From positions 2,720,894-2,784,893 of the forward strand of contig JAYQLI010000035.1 of NCBI GenBank assembly GCA_038143065.1: a DNA stretch of 64,000 bases, read 5' to 3'. Every line of letters starts with the position of its first letter. The stretch's first letter is position 1. The DNA is from Rhodospirillales bacterium (lineage in GTDB: Bacteria > Pseudomonadota > Alphaproteobacteria > Bin95). Positions 43,864 through 54,365 of this stretch are shown piece after piece. A program made the position numbers and the translations under genes. The notes beneath the pieces were generated by a model. The model was given only the letters and a program-made list of their open reading frames with translations. It was not told where the DNA came from and searched no databases.

Positions 43864-44157
43864 TCAATTGATAATTCCGAATTCTATAAGAATCGTTAAG
43901 CCACCAATCCATACACCAAAGAATGCTGCACAGAACCCAATCACCTTAAAAGCTTTTGCCCAAGTCGATTTTTGCAGCATTATTCTACTTCGAGTTTTTA
44001 GTCCTTTAAGTGTTTCAATTGCTTTTAGGCTAAATGATAATAACACGATGTAGAGAAATATAGCGGCAAAGATATGCTGAAAATCAGCATCACCCCAACC
44101 CACCTGCCAAGTTGCTGTCTTAACCGTAGCGTCTGCCCATCTGTCAAAACCATTCAT
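43864..44157 (-). CDS. Small two-TM hypothetical membrane protein
   Basis: ATG at 44157 with GGAGG upstream; two hydrophobic segments; lies downstream of the rpsI terminator. Confidence 0.55.
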   Translation of the reverse strand: MNGFDRWADATVKTATWQVGWGDADFQHIFAAIFLYIVLLSFSLKAIETLKGLKTRSRIMLQKSTWAKAFKVIGFCAAFFGVWIGGLTILIEFGIIN

Positions 44158-44201
44158 TGTTTCTCGTTTCGTCCTCCATCTTGATGCTACGTACCTCAAT
44201 G

Positions 44202-44229
44202 AAAAAAGGGCTTCACCGAAGTGAAGCCC
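44202..44229 (-). terminator. Intrinsic terminator of rplM-rpsI
   Basis: Minus strand GGGCTTCAC-TTCG-GTGAAGCCC-TTTTTT: 9-bp stem, UUCG tetraloop, U6 tail. Confidence 0.9.
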
Positions 44230-44260
44230 CAAAAAATATATAATATTTTTTGTGTAACGA

Positions 44261-44771
44261 TTAACGCTTTGAGAACTGGAAGCTCCGTCGGGCCTTTGGC
44301 TCGGCCGTACTTCTTACGTTCGACAACGCGACTATCTCGTGTCACAAACCCTGCCTGCTTCAAAGCAGGGCGAAGGCTTGGTTCAAACGCGATAAGAGCG
44401 CGAGTAAGGCCATGGCGGACAGCGCCTGCCTGACCTGACAACCCGCCGCCTTTAACCGTGCACATTAAGTCGTATTGGTTAAGGCGATCCGCAATTGCAA
44501 AAGGAGCCAACGCATGCATCTGTAGGGGTGGCCGGGCAAAGTAGTCGGTAATTTGCTTCCCGTTCACCGACATCTGTCCTTTTCCAGGCTTAATCCAAAC
44601 CCGGGCTACGGACGACTTTCTGCGACCTGTTCCATAACTGCGTCCAAACTGGTCGATTTTTGGCTCAGGAAGTGCAGCGGTAGTTTCAGCTGAGGCGTTA
44701 ACAACCTCTGATGAAGCTTCCTCATCAAGCGCGTCTTTTAAGTCTGCAAGAGTGCGCGTTTCTTCGGTCAT
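44261..44771 (-). CDS. rpsI: 30S ribosomal protein S9 (indel near 44296)
   Basis: [35 protein letters not shown]; removing one base restores [11 protein letters not shown]-stop at 44261. Confidence 0.96.
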
Positions 44772-45250
44772 CAACGGGTCCTCCGCGGGCGCTGGGCATT
44801 TTTAACGTTCATGCTCGAAACATCGAGCGGCTTTGGCTGTTGTGCATCGTGAGAATGCTCTGCTCCGCCATACACATGCAGCTTTTTCATTGCAGCACGG
44901 GCGAGTTTTGTCTTTGGCATCATACGCTCAACTGCTTTTTCGATGACGCGCTCAGGAAACTCGCCTTCTAGAATTTGGCGAGCCGTTCTGCCTTTGATGC
45001 CCCCAGGATATCCTGTGTGCCAATAATAAGTCTTAGTATCGCGCTTATTATTACCGTTCATCGCCACCTTTTCAGCATTTATGACGACGATATGGTCGCC
45101 ACAGTCAACGTGCGGGGTGTAAGATGGTTTATGTTTGCCTCGGAGACGCATGGCAATCAACGCAGCCAACCGACCGAGAACTAACCCGTCCGCATCGATC
45201 ACGTACCAATCGCGTGCAACTTCCCCTGGCTTGGCGGAGACCGTAGTCAT
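44771..45250 (-). CDS. rplM: 50S ribosomal protein L13
   Basis: [37 protein letters not shown]. Confidence 0.97.
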   Translation of the reverse strand: MTTVSAKPGEVARDWYVIDADGLVLGRLAALIAMRLRGKHKPSYTPHVDCGDHIVVINAEKVAMNGNNKRDTKTYYWHTGYPGGIKGRTARQILEGEFPERVIEKAVERMMPKTKLARAAMKKLHVYGGAEHSHDAQQPKPLDVSSMNVKNAQRPRRTR

Positions 45251-45393
45251 CGCTTGCCTACTCCAGTAAAATAAAAATCATCAACGCCGAAGCGCTGCTC
45301 AAAGGAACGCGTGTTCTAAAGTCGCAAATACCATTCGTCAATGAAAAAATGCTGGAAATTCCGATATTTGCAAATGGGGTACGATAGTAGCGC

Positions 45394-45858
45394 TTATGAT
45401 GGCAGAGCGTATGAACCTGTACCATGTGCAACTATCGAGGCTTGGTTTGAAGATGAATGGACGTGCACTTCAAAGAATGCCATCCGGCGGCCTATTCGGA
45501 GGGGATTAGCCTTAGCAATCAGTTCTTCAAGGTCTGGTGGTTGTAAAAAGGTTGTATTGATGTTTGCTGTTAGCGCCATGGGGGTCCAGCCAAAATAAGC
45601 GTTGACCCCAGCAAACATAGCGACGTCTATTAAAGCCATTACTGCAGGCCCTGAAATTGATCCACCCGGTCTAACAAGATCAGGGGCATACGGAAGCCGA
45701 CTTTCCGCTTCTCCATTATTTCTAAGTGCTGTAGCCATTATCCCAAGCTGTTTAGAGAGGGGGACGAGCTGATGCAGTCTTTTAGTAAACTCAAAAGCAT
45801 TAAGTGGCTTTCCTATCTCATACTCTTCCATGCCGTTCCCCATTGGCCTTTGGACCAT
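45394..45858 (-). CDS. PaaI family hotdog thioesterase
   Basis: RPGGSISGPAVMALID, INTTFL, IGRR; usual neighbour of rplM. Confidence 0.88.
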   Translation of the reverse strand: MVQRPMGNGMEEYEIGKPLNAFEFTKRLHQLVPLSKQLGIMATALRNNGEAESRLPYAPDLVRPGGSISGPAVMALIDVAMFAGVNAYFGWTPMALTANINTTFLQPPDLEELIAKANPLRIGRRMAFFEVHVHSSSNQASIVAHGTGSYALPS

Positions 45859-45902
45859 GCAGCGTTAATCTTTACTAATGAACTTCGAAGGTTAAGTGCA
45901 CT

Positions 45903-46703
45903 ATGCCCGAAACTTTGACATCACCCGATAGCTCCTTCGTTCTTCGCGAAGATCAGTCCGGTATAGCGATTTTAACCCTGAATAGGCCAGAGAAGCGAAA
46001 TCCCCTTTCTGAAGGTATGCTTAAGCAGCTCACAGAGATTTTAAACGATATCAATGACGATCCTGCGGTACGGGTAGTTATTCTTTCTCATACAGGTCCG
46101 TCATTCTCCGCTGGGCACGACCTAAAAGAGGTGCGGGCCAACCAATCCAGTCAATACTATAACTGGTTGATGAATTTGTGTTCCAATTTAATGCTGAGTA
46201 TCGTCCGCCTTCAAAAACCTGTGATAGCGGCAGTTGAAGGTGTCGCTACCGCTGCGGGTTGCCAGCTCGTAGCATCCTGTGATCTCGCAATAGCGGGTGA
46301 AAATGCAAGTTTTTCGACTCCGGGTGTAAATATTGGTCTTTTCTGCTCTACCCCGATGGTGGCGCTTTCACGGAATGTTGCTTCCAAGCATGCTATGGAA
46401 ATGCTGCTCACAGGCGATCCAATAGATGCAAAAGAAGCGGCTCGTATTGGTCTGATAAATCGCGCAGTTACCGCTGGTACTGCTTCCGCTTAAGCATATC
46501 AATTGGCTTTAAAGATCGCATCTAAGTCAGCAATGACACTCCGTATTGGTAAGGAAGCGTTTTATCGACAGCAGGAAATGCAGCTTGATGTTGCTTATTC
46601 TTTTACTTCGGAAGTCATGACAACAAATTTAATGGCGGAAGACGCAGGTGAAGGCATAGATGCTTTTATCGAAAAACGTTCGCCGCAATGGAAAGATCGA
46701 TAG
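45903..46703 (+). CDS. Enoyl-CoA hydratase family protein (in-frame TAA at 46491-46493)
   Basis: LNRPEKRN, FSAGHDL, AAGCQLVASCD, TPGVNIGLFCSTP; C-terminus EGIDAFIEKR in the same frame after the stop. Confidence 0.9.
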
Positions 46704-46715
46704 AAAGGTTTTCGT

Positions 46716-47664
46716 ATGCAGATTGGTGTTCAAGTTCCTCATCGTGGGCCAATGACGGATCCAGCTTGTATCCAGGCGATCGTCTCAGAGGGAGAAGCCC
46801 TAGGATATGAAGTATTGATTGTATCCGACCATATTGTCGTTCCAAAGGATATCGATAGTAGGTACCCGTATTCTGAAGCTGGCGATTTTCCAGGCCGTGT
46901 GGGCGGCGAGTGTATGGAACAGCTTACCTTGCTAGCTTACGTGGCCGCGATGACCAAAAAGGCAAAGCTCCTTACATCTGTAATGGTCGTGCCGCACAGG
47001 GAACCTCTTTTGGCAGCTAAATCTTTGGCAACAACGGACCAGCTTTCAGGTGGTCGATTGATCGTTGGTTGTGGAACTGGTTGGATGAGAGAAGAGTTTG
47101 ACGCGATTGGAGCGGACTTTGATAATCGTGGCGCTGTAACCGATGACTACATTAGAATTTTTAAAAAGGTATGGACAGAGGATGACCCCCAGCATTCAAG
47201 TCAGTGGTCAACCTTTTCCAATATTGCTTTCAGGCCTCAGCCTCTTCAAAAACCTCATCCTCCCATATGGATTGGGGGAGTCAGGTAGAGCACAGCGCCG
47301 CGTCGCAGAGTTAGCGGACGGCTGGTACCCACTTGGGGCCAATCCTCGTCAGCCCTTAGATACACCCGATCGATACTTAGCTGCACGCGATCAGCTTTGG
47401 AAGAAGGTTGAGGCTGCGGGCCGTAGCCCAGAAGATATTACTCTTGCTTATAATGCACCTTTTCACTTTTCCGAAGAGCAGAAGAACCGTGAGGGAACTC
47501 GACAATTCTTGACGGGCTCTGCTCAGGCAAGAGCAGATGATTTGAATGCCTTAAAAGACATTGGGGTATCCACTGTTGTCATTTCTACAGCTGGAACAAC
47601 ACTAGAGAAAACCTTAGATCGCATGCGAGAATTTCAGGAGAATGTGCGGCCATTGATGTCTTAG
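46716..47664 (+). CDS. LLM-class oxidoreductase, F420-dependent-like (indel in the G5 run near 47275)
   Basis: VSDHIVVP, R.PLLAAK...DQLSGGRL..GTGWMREEF, PQPLQKPHPPIWIGG then RRVAELADGW in the next frame. Confidence 0.88.
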
Positions 47665-47745
47665 CCCTTGAGCAATCTCTAGCTTGGTCAGACGCAAAAG
47701 TTGATTCTCCAAGTTGGTATAGGCTCAACGGGCTGTCTGTTGAGC

Positions 47746-48984
47746 CTAGTATTTGGTTGCAGCCCGTTTAAGCTCAGGTACGGTCCAAAAGATTGCAACT
47801 GGGATACAAATGGCGGTTAAGGACCAAGCAATCACCATAATGTATCCATCGGTCAAATCGTGGATTACACAGCCCATCGTTGCTCCAACTGCTGCCCCAG
47901 CACCCATACAGAGGAAAATCGCGCCCATAATTAATCCAAGATCTCGTCCACGGCCAAAAATTCTTGCTGTGAGTGCGGAAATTACGGGGCCACGACTTCC
48001 AAAACTCGCGCCGTACGAAATAACAAAAGCCCAGAGTAGAAAATTTGACGGACTAACTGCCATCATGAAGAGAAGTAAATACCCTGATATCGTTAAGCTG
48101 TAGGACAATGTTACTGAAAGCAGAGCACCATACCTATCCGCGATTATTCCGAAAATCAGAAGACCACAAGTTGCAGAAATTCCAGAAACACCAAAAGCGC
48201 TTGCTGCTGTTATCGGATTCGTGCCTTGCTCAATGAGAAAAGCGACAACTTGGGGTTGAACGGCAAACATTGATATTGCTGTAAGAAAATGAACTGCTGA
48301 CAAAGACCAGTAAGGCCTAGAACGAACCGCACGGCGAAAAGTCCAATCAGATGTTGGAGAGTGTCTACCTTCTGTTTTCGGTCGTCGAAGGTCTGCCCGG
48401 CCTTCAGAAATTTTTTGCCATGGAGCAATTGCCACAAGTATGCCAACGCAAATGACAATCAGTCCAATTGAGCCGTAAGCATTTCGCCAACCAAGATCAT
48501 CAATGAAAGCTTGGGCTACAGGGGAAAAAATCATGACTCCTACGCCAGCTGCACCCGACACCACAGCAACAGCGGTGGTTAAAGATTGCTGAAACCATCG
48601 GGCTAGTAATGCGGATTGCACCGCAATACCAAGCGCTGCTGCTCCGAACCCCACGAGGAGGCTTAAGCACAGATAAAATTGCCATAGCGCTTCAAGTTGT
48701 GAGGCTAAAATTGGTCCTACAGCAAGGCATCCCATTCCCAGGGGAAAGAGAAATCTTGGTCCAAACTTATCAAATAGCTTACCTGCAACCGGAGAAAAAA
48801 GCCCAAGGCAAAGCATTCCAAAAGCGTATACACTGGCTGCCTCCGCTCTGCTCCATCCAAGTTCTTTACTGACCGGAAGAAGGAAGACGGCAAAAGTCTC
48901 AGATACACCTCGTGCAGAGGCACTCATCAATACAAAAACGGCAGCAGCTAAAAATCCGAGGTTAAACCGATGATGCAGGGTCAA
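47746..48984 (-). CDS. MFS transporter
   Basis: About twelve TM segments; GKLFDKFGPR, GIIADRYG; TTGA overlap with the upstream decarboxylase gene. Confidence 0.9.
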   Translation of the reverse strand: MTLHHRFNLGFLAAAVFVLMSASARGVSETFAVFLLPVSKELGWSRAEAASVYAFGMLCLGLFSPVAGKLFDKFGPRFLFPLGMGCLAVGPILASQLEALWQFYLCLSLLVGFGAAALGIAVQSALLARWFQQSLTTAVAVVSGAAGVGVMIFSPVAQAFIDDLGWRNAYGSIGLIVICVGILVAIAPWQKISEGRADLRRPKTEGRHSPTSDWTFRRAVRSRPYWSLSAVHFLTAISMFAVQPQVVAFLIEQGTNPITAASAFGVSGISATCGLLIFGIIADRYGALLSVTLSYSLTISGYLLLFMMAVSPSNFLLWAFVISYGASFGSRGPVISALTARIFGRGRDLGLIMGAIFLCMGAGAAVGATMGCVIHDLTDGYIMVIAWSLTAICIPVAIFWTVPELKRAATKY

Positions 48985-49592
48985 CGCGGTGGCATGCCAA
49001 GATATTCCCGAAAGCGGGTTTTCAAAAATGCCCCGTCCTGTGGAGGTAAAGACATTCCAGCTGCTTCTGGACTAATATGAACAGCAGCGAAGGCAGGGCC
49101 CTGCACAGATTGCATCCAATCGCGGAGTTCTGTGGCTTCTTCGGTGCTATCAATTCTCCGGGTTGATTTAAAGCCTAATCCTACGGCGGTTTGCACCAAG
49201 TCTACCCCGCGCGCAGTATGAGTTAACTGCTGCCCAGTTTCACCGTACCTTCCATTGTCTAATACGATTACTACCAGATTATCCAGGCCTTCCGCACCAG
49301 CTGCTGCAAGTCCAGTGAGGCCCATGAGAACCTCGCCGTCTCCGGTGAGCGCTAAAACGCGTTTGGTTGGTTGTGCTGCAGCTAGACCAATTGCCATTGG
49401 CACTGCTCCACCCATTGCGCCCCAAAGGTAAAAATTTAGTGGGTGGTCTCCCGCAGCCATCAGGTCGTAGCAAGGTGATCCAAGTCCGGCTACAACAAGC
49501 AGATCATCAGATCTGTCGTGCATAAGATTTGCCACTAAAATACGCCGATCTATTAGACCATCTGACTTCTTGATTATTTCAGGGGCACTCAT
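48981..49592 (-). CDS. ThDP-binding decarboxylase beta subunit (ComE / phosphonopyruvate decarboxylase-like)
   Basis: WGAMGGA, GDGEVLM...LDNGRYGETG ThDP motif; ATG at 49592 overlaps the upstream stop. Confidence 0.85.
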   Translation of the reverse strand: MSAPEIIKKSDGLIDRRILVANLMHDRSDDLLVVAGLGSPCYDLMAAGDHPLNFYLWGAMGGAVPMAIGLAAAQPTKRVLALTGDGEVLMGLTGLAAAGAEGLDNLVVIVLDNGRYGETGQQLTHTARGVDLVQTAVGLGFKSTRRIDSTEEATELRDWMQSVQGPAFAAVHISPEAAGMSLPPQDGAFLKTRFREYLGMPPR

Positions 49593-50143
49593 TGTTTGTT
49601 GTCTCCTGCACTTCCTGCTGCAAATTTCTTCGTGCCAACTAACTTCTGCGCCAATAATACGGCAGTCATGCAATCACCATTGTATGCTTGGTCAATGGCT
49701 GCCCGCACTGTGTCAGCTACATCCTCTGCGCGTTCAACTCTGTAACATTTTACTCCGGCTAACTCGAAATGAGCCTGTGTAGTACCTCCCATTGGCATTT
49801 GCCACGAGTTGAACTCACCCCACTCACCACGCATCGTCACAAACATTGGCATGGGAAATCTGCAAGTGGTCATAAGGCTCAGCATATTGATTGTGTTTCC
49901 AACCCCACTGGATTGCATCAGCAACGCACCCTTATCACCGCCCAACCAAGCACCTGCTAGACAGGCTACGGCGTCTTCTTCAGTAGTAACTGAAATTGCG
50001 CGCATCTCATTAGCAGCGTGGGCGCGCTCAATAAGCTTTTTGTGGCCAGCGTCGGGTACATAAGCAATTTGTTTTATCCCGGCATTAACTAGGGCTTCAA
50101 AAATATCATCCCGCCAGTCATGGGTCATTTCAGCATCTGTCAT
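49589..50143 (-). CDS. ThDP decarboxylase alpha subunit (ComD-like, PYR domain)
   Basis: YVPD, TTEED..AGAWLGG, LMQSSGVGN, MRG..EFNSWQ. Confidence 0.85.
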   Translation of the reverse strand: MTDAEMTHDWRDDIFEALVNAGIKQIAYVPDAGHKKLIERAHAANEMRAISVTTEEDAVACLAGAWLGGDKGALLMQSSGVGNTINMLSLMTTCRFPMPMFVTMRGEWGEFNSWQMPMGGTTQAHFELAGVKCYRVERAEDVADTVRAAIDQAYNGDCMTAVLLAQKLVGTKKFAAGSAGDNKQ

Positions 50144-50205
50144 CGTTAACTCAATAAGATTAATATGAAACCTGACTTTTACACGAGGCTGTTCTAGACC
50201 GCCAT

Positions 50206-51432
50206 ATGTCTAACCGCATGACCGATATGCCTGAAGCGCTTGTCCGGGAAGCAAACGCTTTGAGTTGGCCATCCGTAAGGATTAGTTTTTATTACATTGC
50301 GATGTTTGGAACCGTTGGAGTTTTTGCACCTTTCCTTCCAATTTGGCTAAAGGACCGAAGCTTATCAGCAGAAGAAATCGGGATAGTGATGTCTGCAATC
50401 GCTTGGACCCGAGTAATGGTCAATCCGCTTGCTGCACACGTCGCAGATGTAACTGGGCGACGTAGAAGATTGGCATTAATGACTGCAGCTGGGGCTTGTG
50501 TGGGTTTGGGATTTGTAACGCAGTCTTATGGGTTTTTTGCTATTTTAGCGGCACTGATTTTTACAGCGGCTTGCCAAGGTCCCGTTTTACCTGTTGTTGA
50601 GAATCTTTGCTTACTAACTATTATAGCCCGTAATTTGTCGTATGGACGACTACGTGCATGGGGCTCGGTCGCTTTCATCGCGGTAGTTACTGGCGCCGGC
50701 TATTGGCTCGAGACCGCTCCATCAGATCATGTGATTTACATGTTAATTGGCGGCTGGCTTTTGATCCTGTTTTCGGTAGCTTGGTTGCCTGATCTTCGAT
50801 CTCCGCCATGGGGCAAGAAAGAAAGAAGGTTTCAAGCAGCTCCTGCATGGGCTCTACTTCGCAATAAAACATTCATACTGCTGCTAGCTGCGGCAGCCGC
50901 TAATATGAGTTCACATGCAGTTTTGAATGCCTTTTCATCAATTCACTGGATTGGCGCAGGGATTAGTGAAAGCTCTATTGGCTATCTTTGGTCTATCGGA
51001 GTTTTGGCTGAGATAATTCTTTTCTGGATGGCGGCTCCAATCGTTGCACATCTGGGGCCCGGTTGGCTTATGGCCCTTGGTGCTGCTGGAGGTGTTATTC
51101 GATGGGTTGGCTTGGGTTGGACAACAGATTTTTACGCACTCCTTTTCTTTCAAACTTTGCATGGATTGACCTTTGGCGCCGCTCATTTAGGGGCGATGAC
51201 ATACCTTCAACGACATGTCCCAGCTGAGAGCTCTGCAACAGGTCAAGCGCTATACTCTGCTCTCGGAATGGGAGCTGCTTTGGCTTTAATGCAGCCAATT
51301 GCGGGCTGGCTCTATGCTAAAAATGGAGGCGGCGCTTTTTATGCAATGGCTATCTTGGCGGCAGTTGGATTTTTATTCGCAGTATTGCTCGCTTTCAGAC
51401 TAAGGAAAATTGACCAAAATAGTCCAACCTAA
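50206..51432 (+). CDS. MFS transporter (HcaT / MFS_1-like)
   Basis: FLPIWL, YGRLRAWGS, GVLAEI, QTLHGLTFG. Confidence 0.88.
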   Translation: MSNRMTDMPEALVREANALSWPSVRISFYYIAMFGTVGVFAPFLPIWLKDRSLSAEEIGIVMSAIAWTRVMVNPLAAHVADVTGRRRRLALMTAAGACVGLGFVTQSYGFFAILAALIFTAACQGPVLPVVENLCLLTIIARNLSYGRLRAWGSVAFIAVVTGAGYWLETAPSDHVIYMLIGGWLLILFSVAWLPDLRSPPWGKKERRFQAAPAWALLRNKTFILLLAAAAANMSSHAVLNAFSSIHWIGAGISESSIGYLWSIGVLAEIILFWMAAPIVAHLGPGWLMALGAAGGVIRWVGLGWTTDFYALLFFQTLHGLTFGAAHLGAMTYLQRHVPAESSATGQALYSALGMGAALALMQPIAGWLYAKNGGGAFYAMAILAAVGFLFAVLLAFRLRKIDQNSPT

Positions 51433-51611
51433 ATACATGTTGTGGGATTTAATTCGCACATAAGTTGCGGCTGCTTGTAATTGTTATAGTAAATTTGATT
51501 TTTGTAATTTCAAAATGAAGGTTGGCAAAATTGGTAAGCAATTACACAAACCTTGCGTAAACTCTTGCTAGAGTCTAACTCGATTGTTCTTTTGTCCAGG
51601 GATTTAGATAA

Positions 51612-52555
51612 ATGGGTTCCTCTGTCTTTATCGACGGTGAGGCTGGCACAACTGGCCTTCAGATATTCGACCGATTGAAGGATCGGAAGGACATAAGTCT
51701 CATCCGCCTTGATGACATAGAAAGGAAGGAATTAAAGGCGCGACAAGAAGCTCTTAATGCGGCTGATATTGCTATCTTATGCCTTCCTGACGATGCAGCT
51801 CGCGAAGCGGTTGATCTTATTAGAAATACAACCACCCGGGTAATTGATGCTTCAACAGCCCATAGAACGGCTGAGGGTTGGACATATGGTTTCCCGAATA
51901 TTCAAAAGACCAAAGACGCCTGATTGGTGAATCTAATAGAATAAGTAACCCTGGCTGCTATTCGGTCACCTCAATTGCGATGCTACATCCGATTATTGCA
52001 GCTGGCTTAATTAAGGCAGATTGGCCAATTACAATAAACGCTGTGTCTGGATATTCTGGTGGAGGAAAATCACTTATTGGTGAATTTGAGGGTGAAAATG
52101 CATCGCCCAATCAGCAAGTAGTATTTTCTTACGCGTTGAGCTTAAAGCATAAACATCTCCCGGAAATTAAGCGCTGGGGCGGCCTTAGTCATAATCCAAT
52201 TTTTGAGCCGCATGTGGGGCGTTATCATCAAGGAATGATAGTTAATATTCCTCTGCCTCTTTGGGCGATGCCAGATAAGCCAACACCCGTAGCAATCAAT
52301 CAGACACTCGCTGCCCATTATGAAAATGAGCCGTTTGTTGAGATTGCACCGCTAGGTCCACCTATGGGTTCAGACCGTTTGGATCCTGAGTGTTTAAACG
52401 GTACGAATAAACTTCGGATTCATGTGCTTACTAATCCAGATGGGGATGCTGTGGTATTGTCAGGCGTTTTGGATAATTTGGGTAAGGGCGCATCTGGCCA
52501 AGCAGTGCAGACATTGAATTTCTTGATTGGTTCCAGCGAAGATACGGGATTGTAA
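51612..52555 (+). CDS. argC: N-acetyl-gamma-glutamyl-phosphate reductase, type 2 (indel near 51890)
   Basis: [43 protein letters not shown]. Confidence 0.95.
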
Positions 52556-52558
52556 ATC

Positions 52559-53116
52559 ATGCAGTCAGTAAGTTCTTTACCAGCGCCCAAGGGATTAATT
52601 TTACCTTTCAAAGGTATCAGCCCACGAGTGGCAGATGATGTATTTCTAGCTCCAAATTCTGTGGTCGTTGGAGATGTGGAGATAGGTGAGCGCTCAAGCC
52701 TTTGGTATAACGTGGTTGTGCGTGCTGATGTAGGGTTAATCAAGATTGGAGCAGGCACGAATATTCAAGATGGATCGGTTGTTCATGTGACAGGTGGCCA
52801 ATTTGATACTCATATTGGTGACGATGTTCTGATAGGGCATCTGTGCATGATCCATGGGTGCGTCCTTGAAGACAGAGCATTTGTTGGAATGAAAGCAACA
52901 ATTTTAGATGGTGCTAGAGTTGAGGCAGATGCAATGGTTGCTGCTGGCGCCGTAGTCACACCAAATAAAGTTGTTAAATCAGGTGAGCTTTGGGCTGGAG
53001 CACCAGCTAAAAAAATGCGTGATATGGATGCAGACGAAATCCAAAGACGTCGCAAGTCGGCGCCAAATTATGCAATTAATGCTTTAGATCATATTAACTC
53101 ACTTCGACATGCTTAG
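52559..53116 (+). CDS. Gamma carbonic anhydrase family (YrdA-like) protein
   Basis: Hexapeptide repeats; VRAD, NIQD, three His ligands (VVH, IGH, IHG), WAGAPA. Confidence 0.92.
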   Translation: MQSVSSLPAPKGLILPFKGISPRVADDVFLAPNSVVVGDVEIGERSSLWYNVVVRADVGLIKIGAGTNIQDGSVVHVTGGQFDTHIGDDVLIGHLCMIHGCVLEDRAFVGMKATILDGARVEADAMVAAGAVVTPNKVVKSGELWAGAPAKKMRDMDADEIQRRRKSAPNYAINALDHINSLRHA

Positions 53117-54296
53117 GAGCGACATCATGCAGGAATTTTTGGCTGCTAAAGCAGTGTTGCCTGATGATGGAATGGATGGTTGTCTAGTTGCACGAGTTTG
53201 GAGACCTAGTTTAGGGGCGTCACTAGCTGTCATAAAGCCTACAGGCGTTTTCGACATAACGCGCAACTTTCCAACCCTGTCAGACCTCTTAAGTACCGTT
53301 GATCCTTCCAATGCGCTTGCTGAGATTACTTTGGGTGAGCGTGTTGGTAGTCTTGATGAGCTTTTAAGAAATAGTTCGTGTGAAATACGATCTGAGAGAG
53401 TTGCCCATTTTCTGGCACCACAAGATATTCAGCCGGTTAAAGCTGCAGGAGTTACCTTTGCAGCCTCCATGCTCGAAAGGGTTATAGAGGAACAAGCAAA
53501 AGGTGACCCGGCCAAAGCTCAGGCTGTGCGCGCCGCCGTACAGGAAAAAGTTGGTGACGATTTATCAAAGGTAGAACCAGGGTCATCAGCTGCCGAAGGC
53601 TTAAAGGAAAAACTAATAGAGTTGGGTGTGTGGTCTCAATATCTAGAAGTGGGAATTGGCCCATACGCTGAAATTTTCACCAAATGCCCACCTATGGCCG
53701 CTGTTGGCATAGGGGCAGAGGTTGGTTTGCGTCCTGATAGCCAGTGGAATAATCCTGAACCGGAAATAGTGCTCGTCATCGCGCCTAATGGTGAAATCGT
53801 AGGGGCAACACTTGGGAACGATGTTAATCTTCGTGATATAGAGGGCCGTTCCGCTCTATTGCTTGGGCGTGCAAAAGATAACAATGCGTCTTGTAGCTTA
53901 GGACCTTTTATACGGTTTTTTGATTCTACTTTCTCTATTGATGATGTTCGTCGATCAGTAGTCTCTTTGACTGTAACGGGACAAGATAACTTCCGAGTGG
54001 TTGGTCGCTCTTCAATGTCTGAGATAAGCAGAGATCCATACGCTTTAGCGAAGGCTACTTTGTCTGAAGATCACCAATATCCAGATGGTGTGTTTTTGAT
54101 GTGTGGAACAATGTTCGCACCCACAGACCTGCGAGATGGTGAAGGTTTCACCCACAAGTTTGGGGATATTGTGCAAATCTCCACGCCAAAACTTGGATGT
54201 TTAGTGAACCGTACCGCATCTACGCACCAAATTCCGGCTTGGACGTATGGTATGCGTGCGCTGATGCGTAGTTTGGCCAAAAGAGGTCTTAATTAA
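53109..54296 (+). CDS. Fumarylacetoacetate hydrolase family protein (XylX/KdxD-like)
   Basis: KAAGVTF, SQYLEVGIGP.AEIFTK, WNNPEPE, GNDVNLRD.EGRSALLL, GTMFAP. Confidence 0.88.
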   Translation: MLRSDIMQEFLAAKAVLPDDGMDGCLVARVWRPSLGASLAVIKPTGVFDITRNFPTLSDLLSTVDPSNALAEITLGERVGSLDELLRNSSCEIRSERVAHFLAPQDIQPVKAAGVTFAASMLERVIEEQAKGDPAKAQAVRAAVQEKVGDDLSKVEPGSSAAEGLKEKLIELGVWSQYLEVGIGPYAEIFTKCPPMAAVGIGAEVGLRPDSQWNNPEPEIVLVIAPNGEIVGATLGNDVNLRDIEGRSALLLGRAKDNNASCSLGPFIRFFDSTFSIDDVRRSVVSLTVTGQDNFRVVGRSSMSEISRDPYALAKATLSEDHQYPDGVFLMCGTMFAPTDLRDGEGFTHKFGDIVQISTPKLGCLVNRTASTHQIPAWTYGMRALMRSLAKRGLN

Positions 54297-54365
54297 AATC
54301 GTTTTGCACAGTGCTTTTCCAGGAAATCGGGACTTTGAAACCTTACTCTTTTGTAAATAAGTAGA

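Noticed and set aside
44196-44260. Extended S9 C-terminus and the N-terminal extension of ORF 43864-44232
   Set aside because: The S9 tail is an indel artefact, and both extensions run through the UUCG terminator
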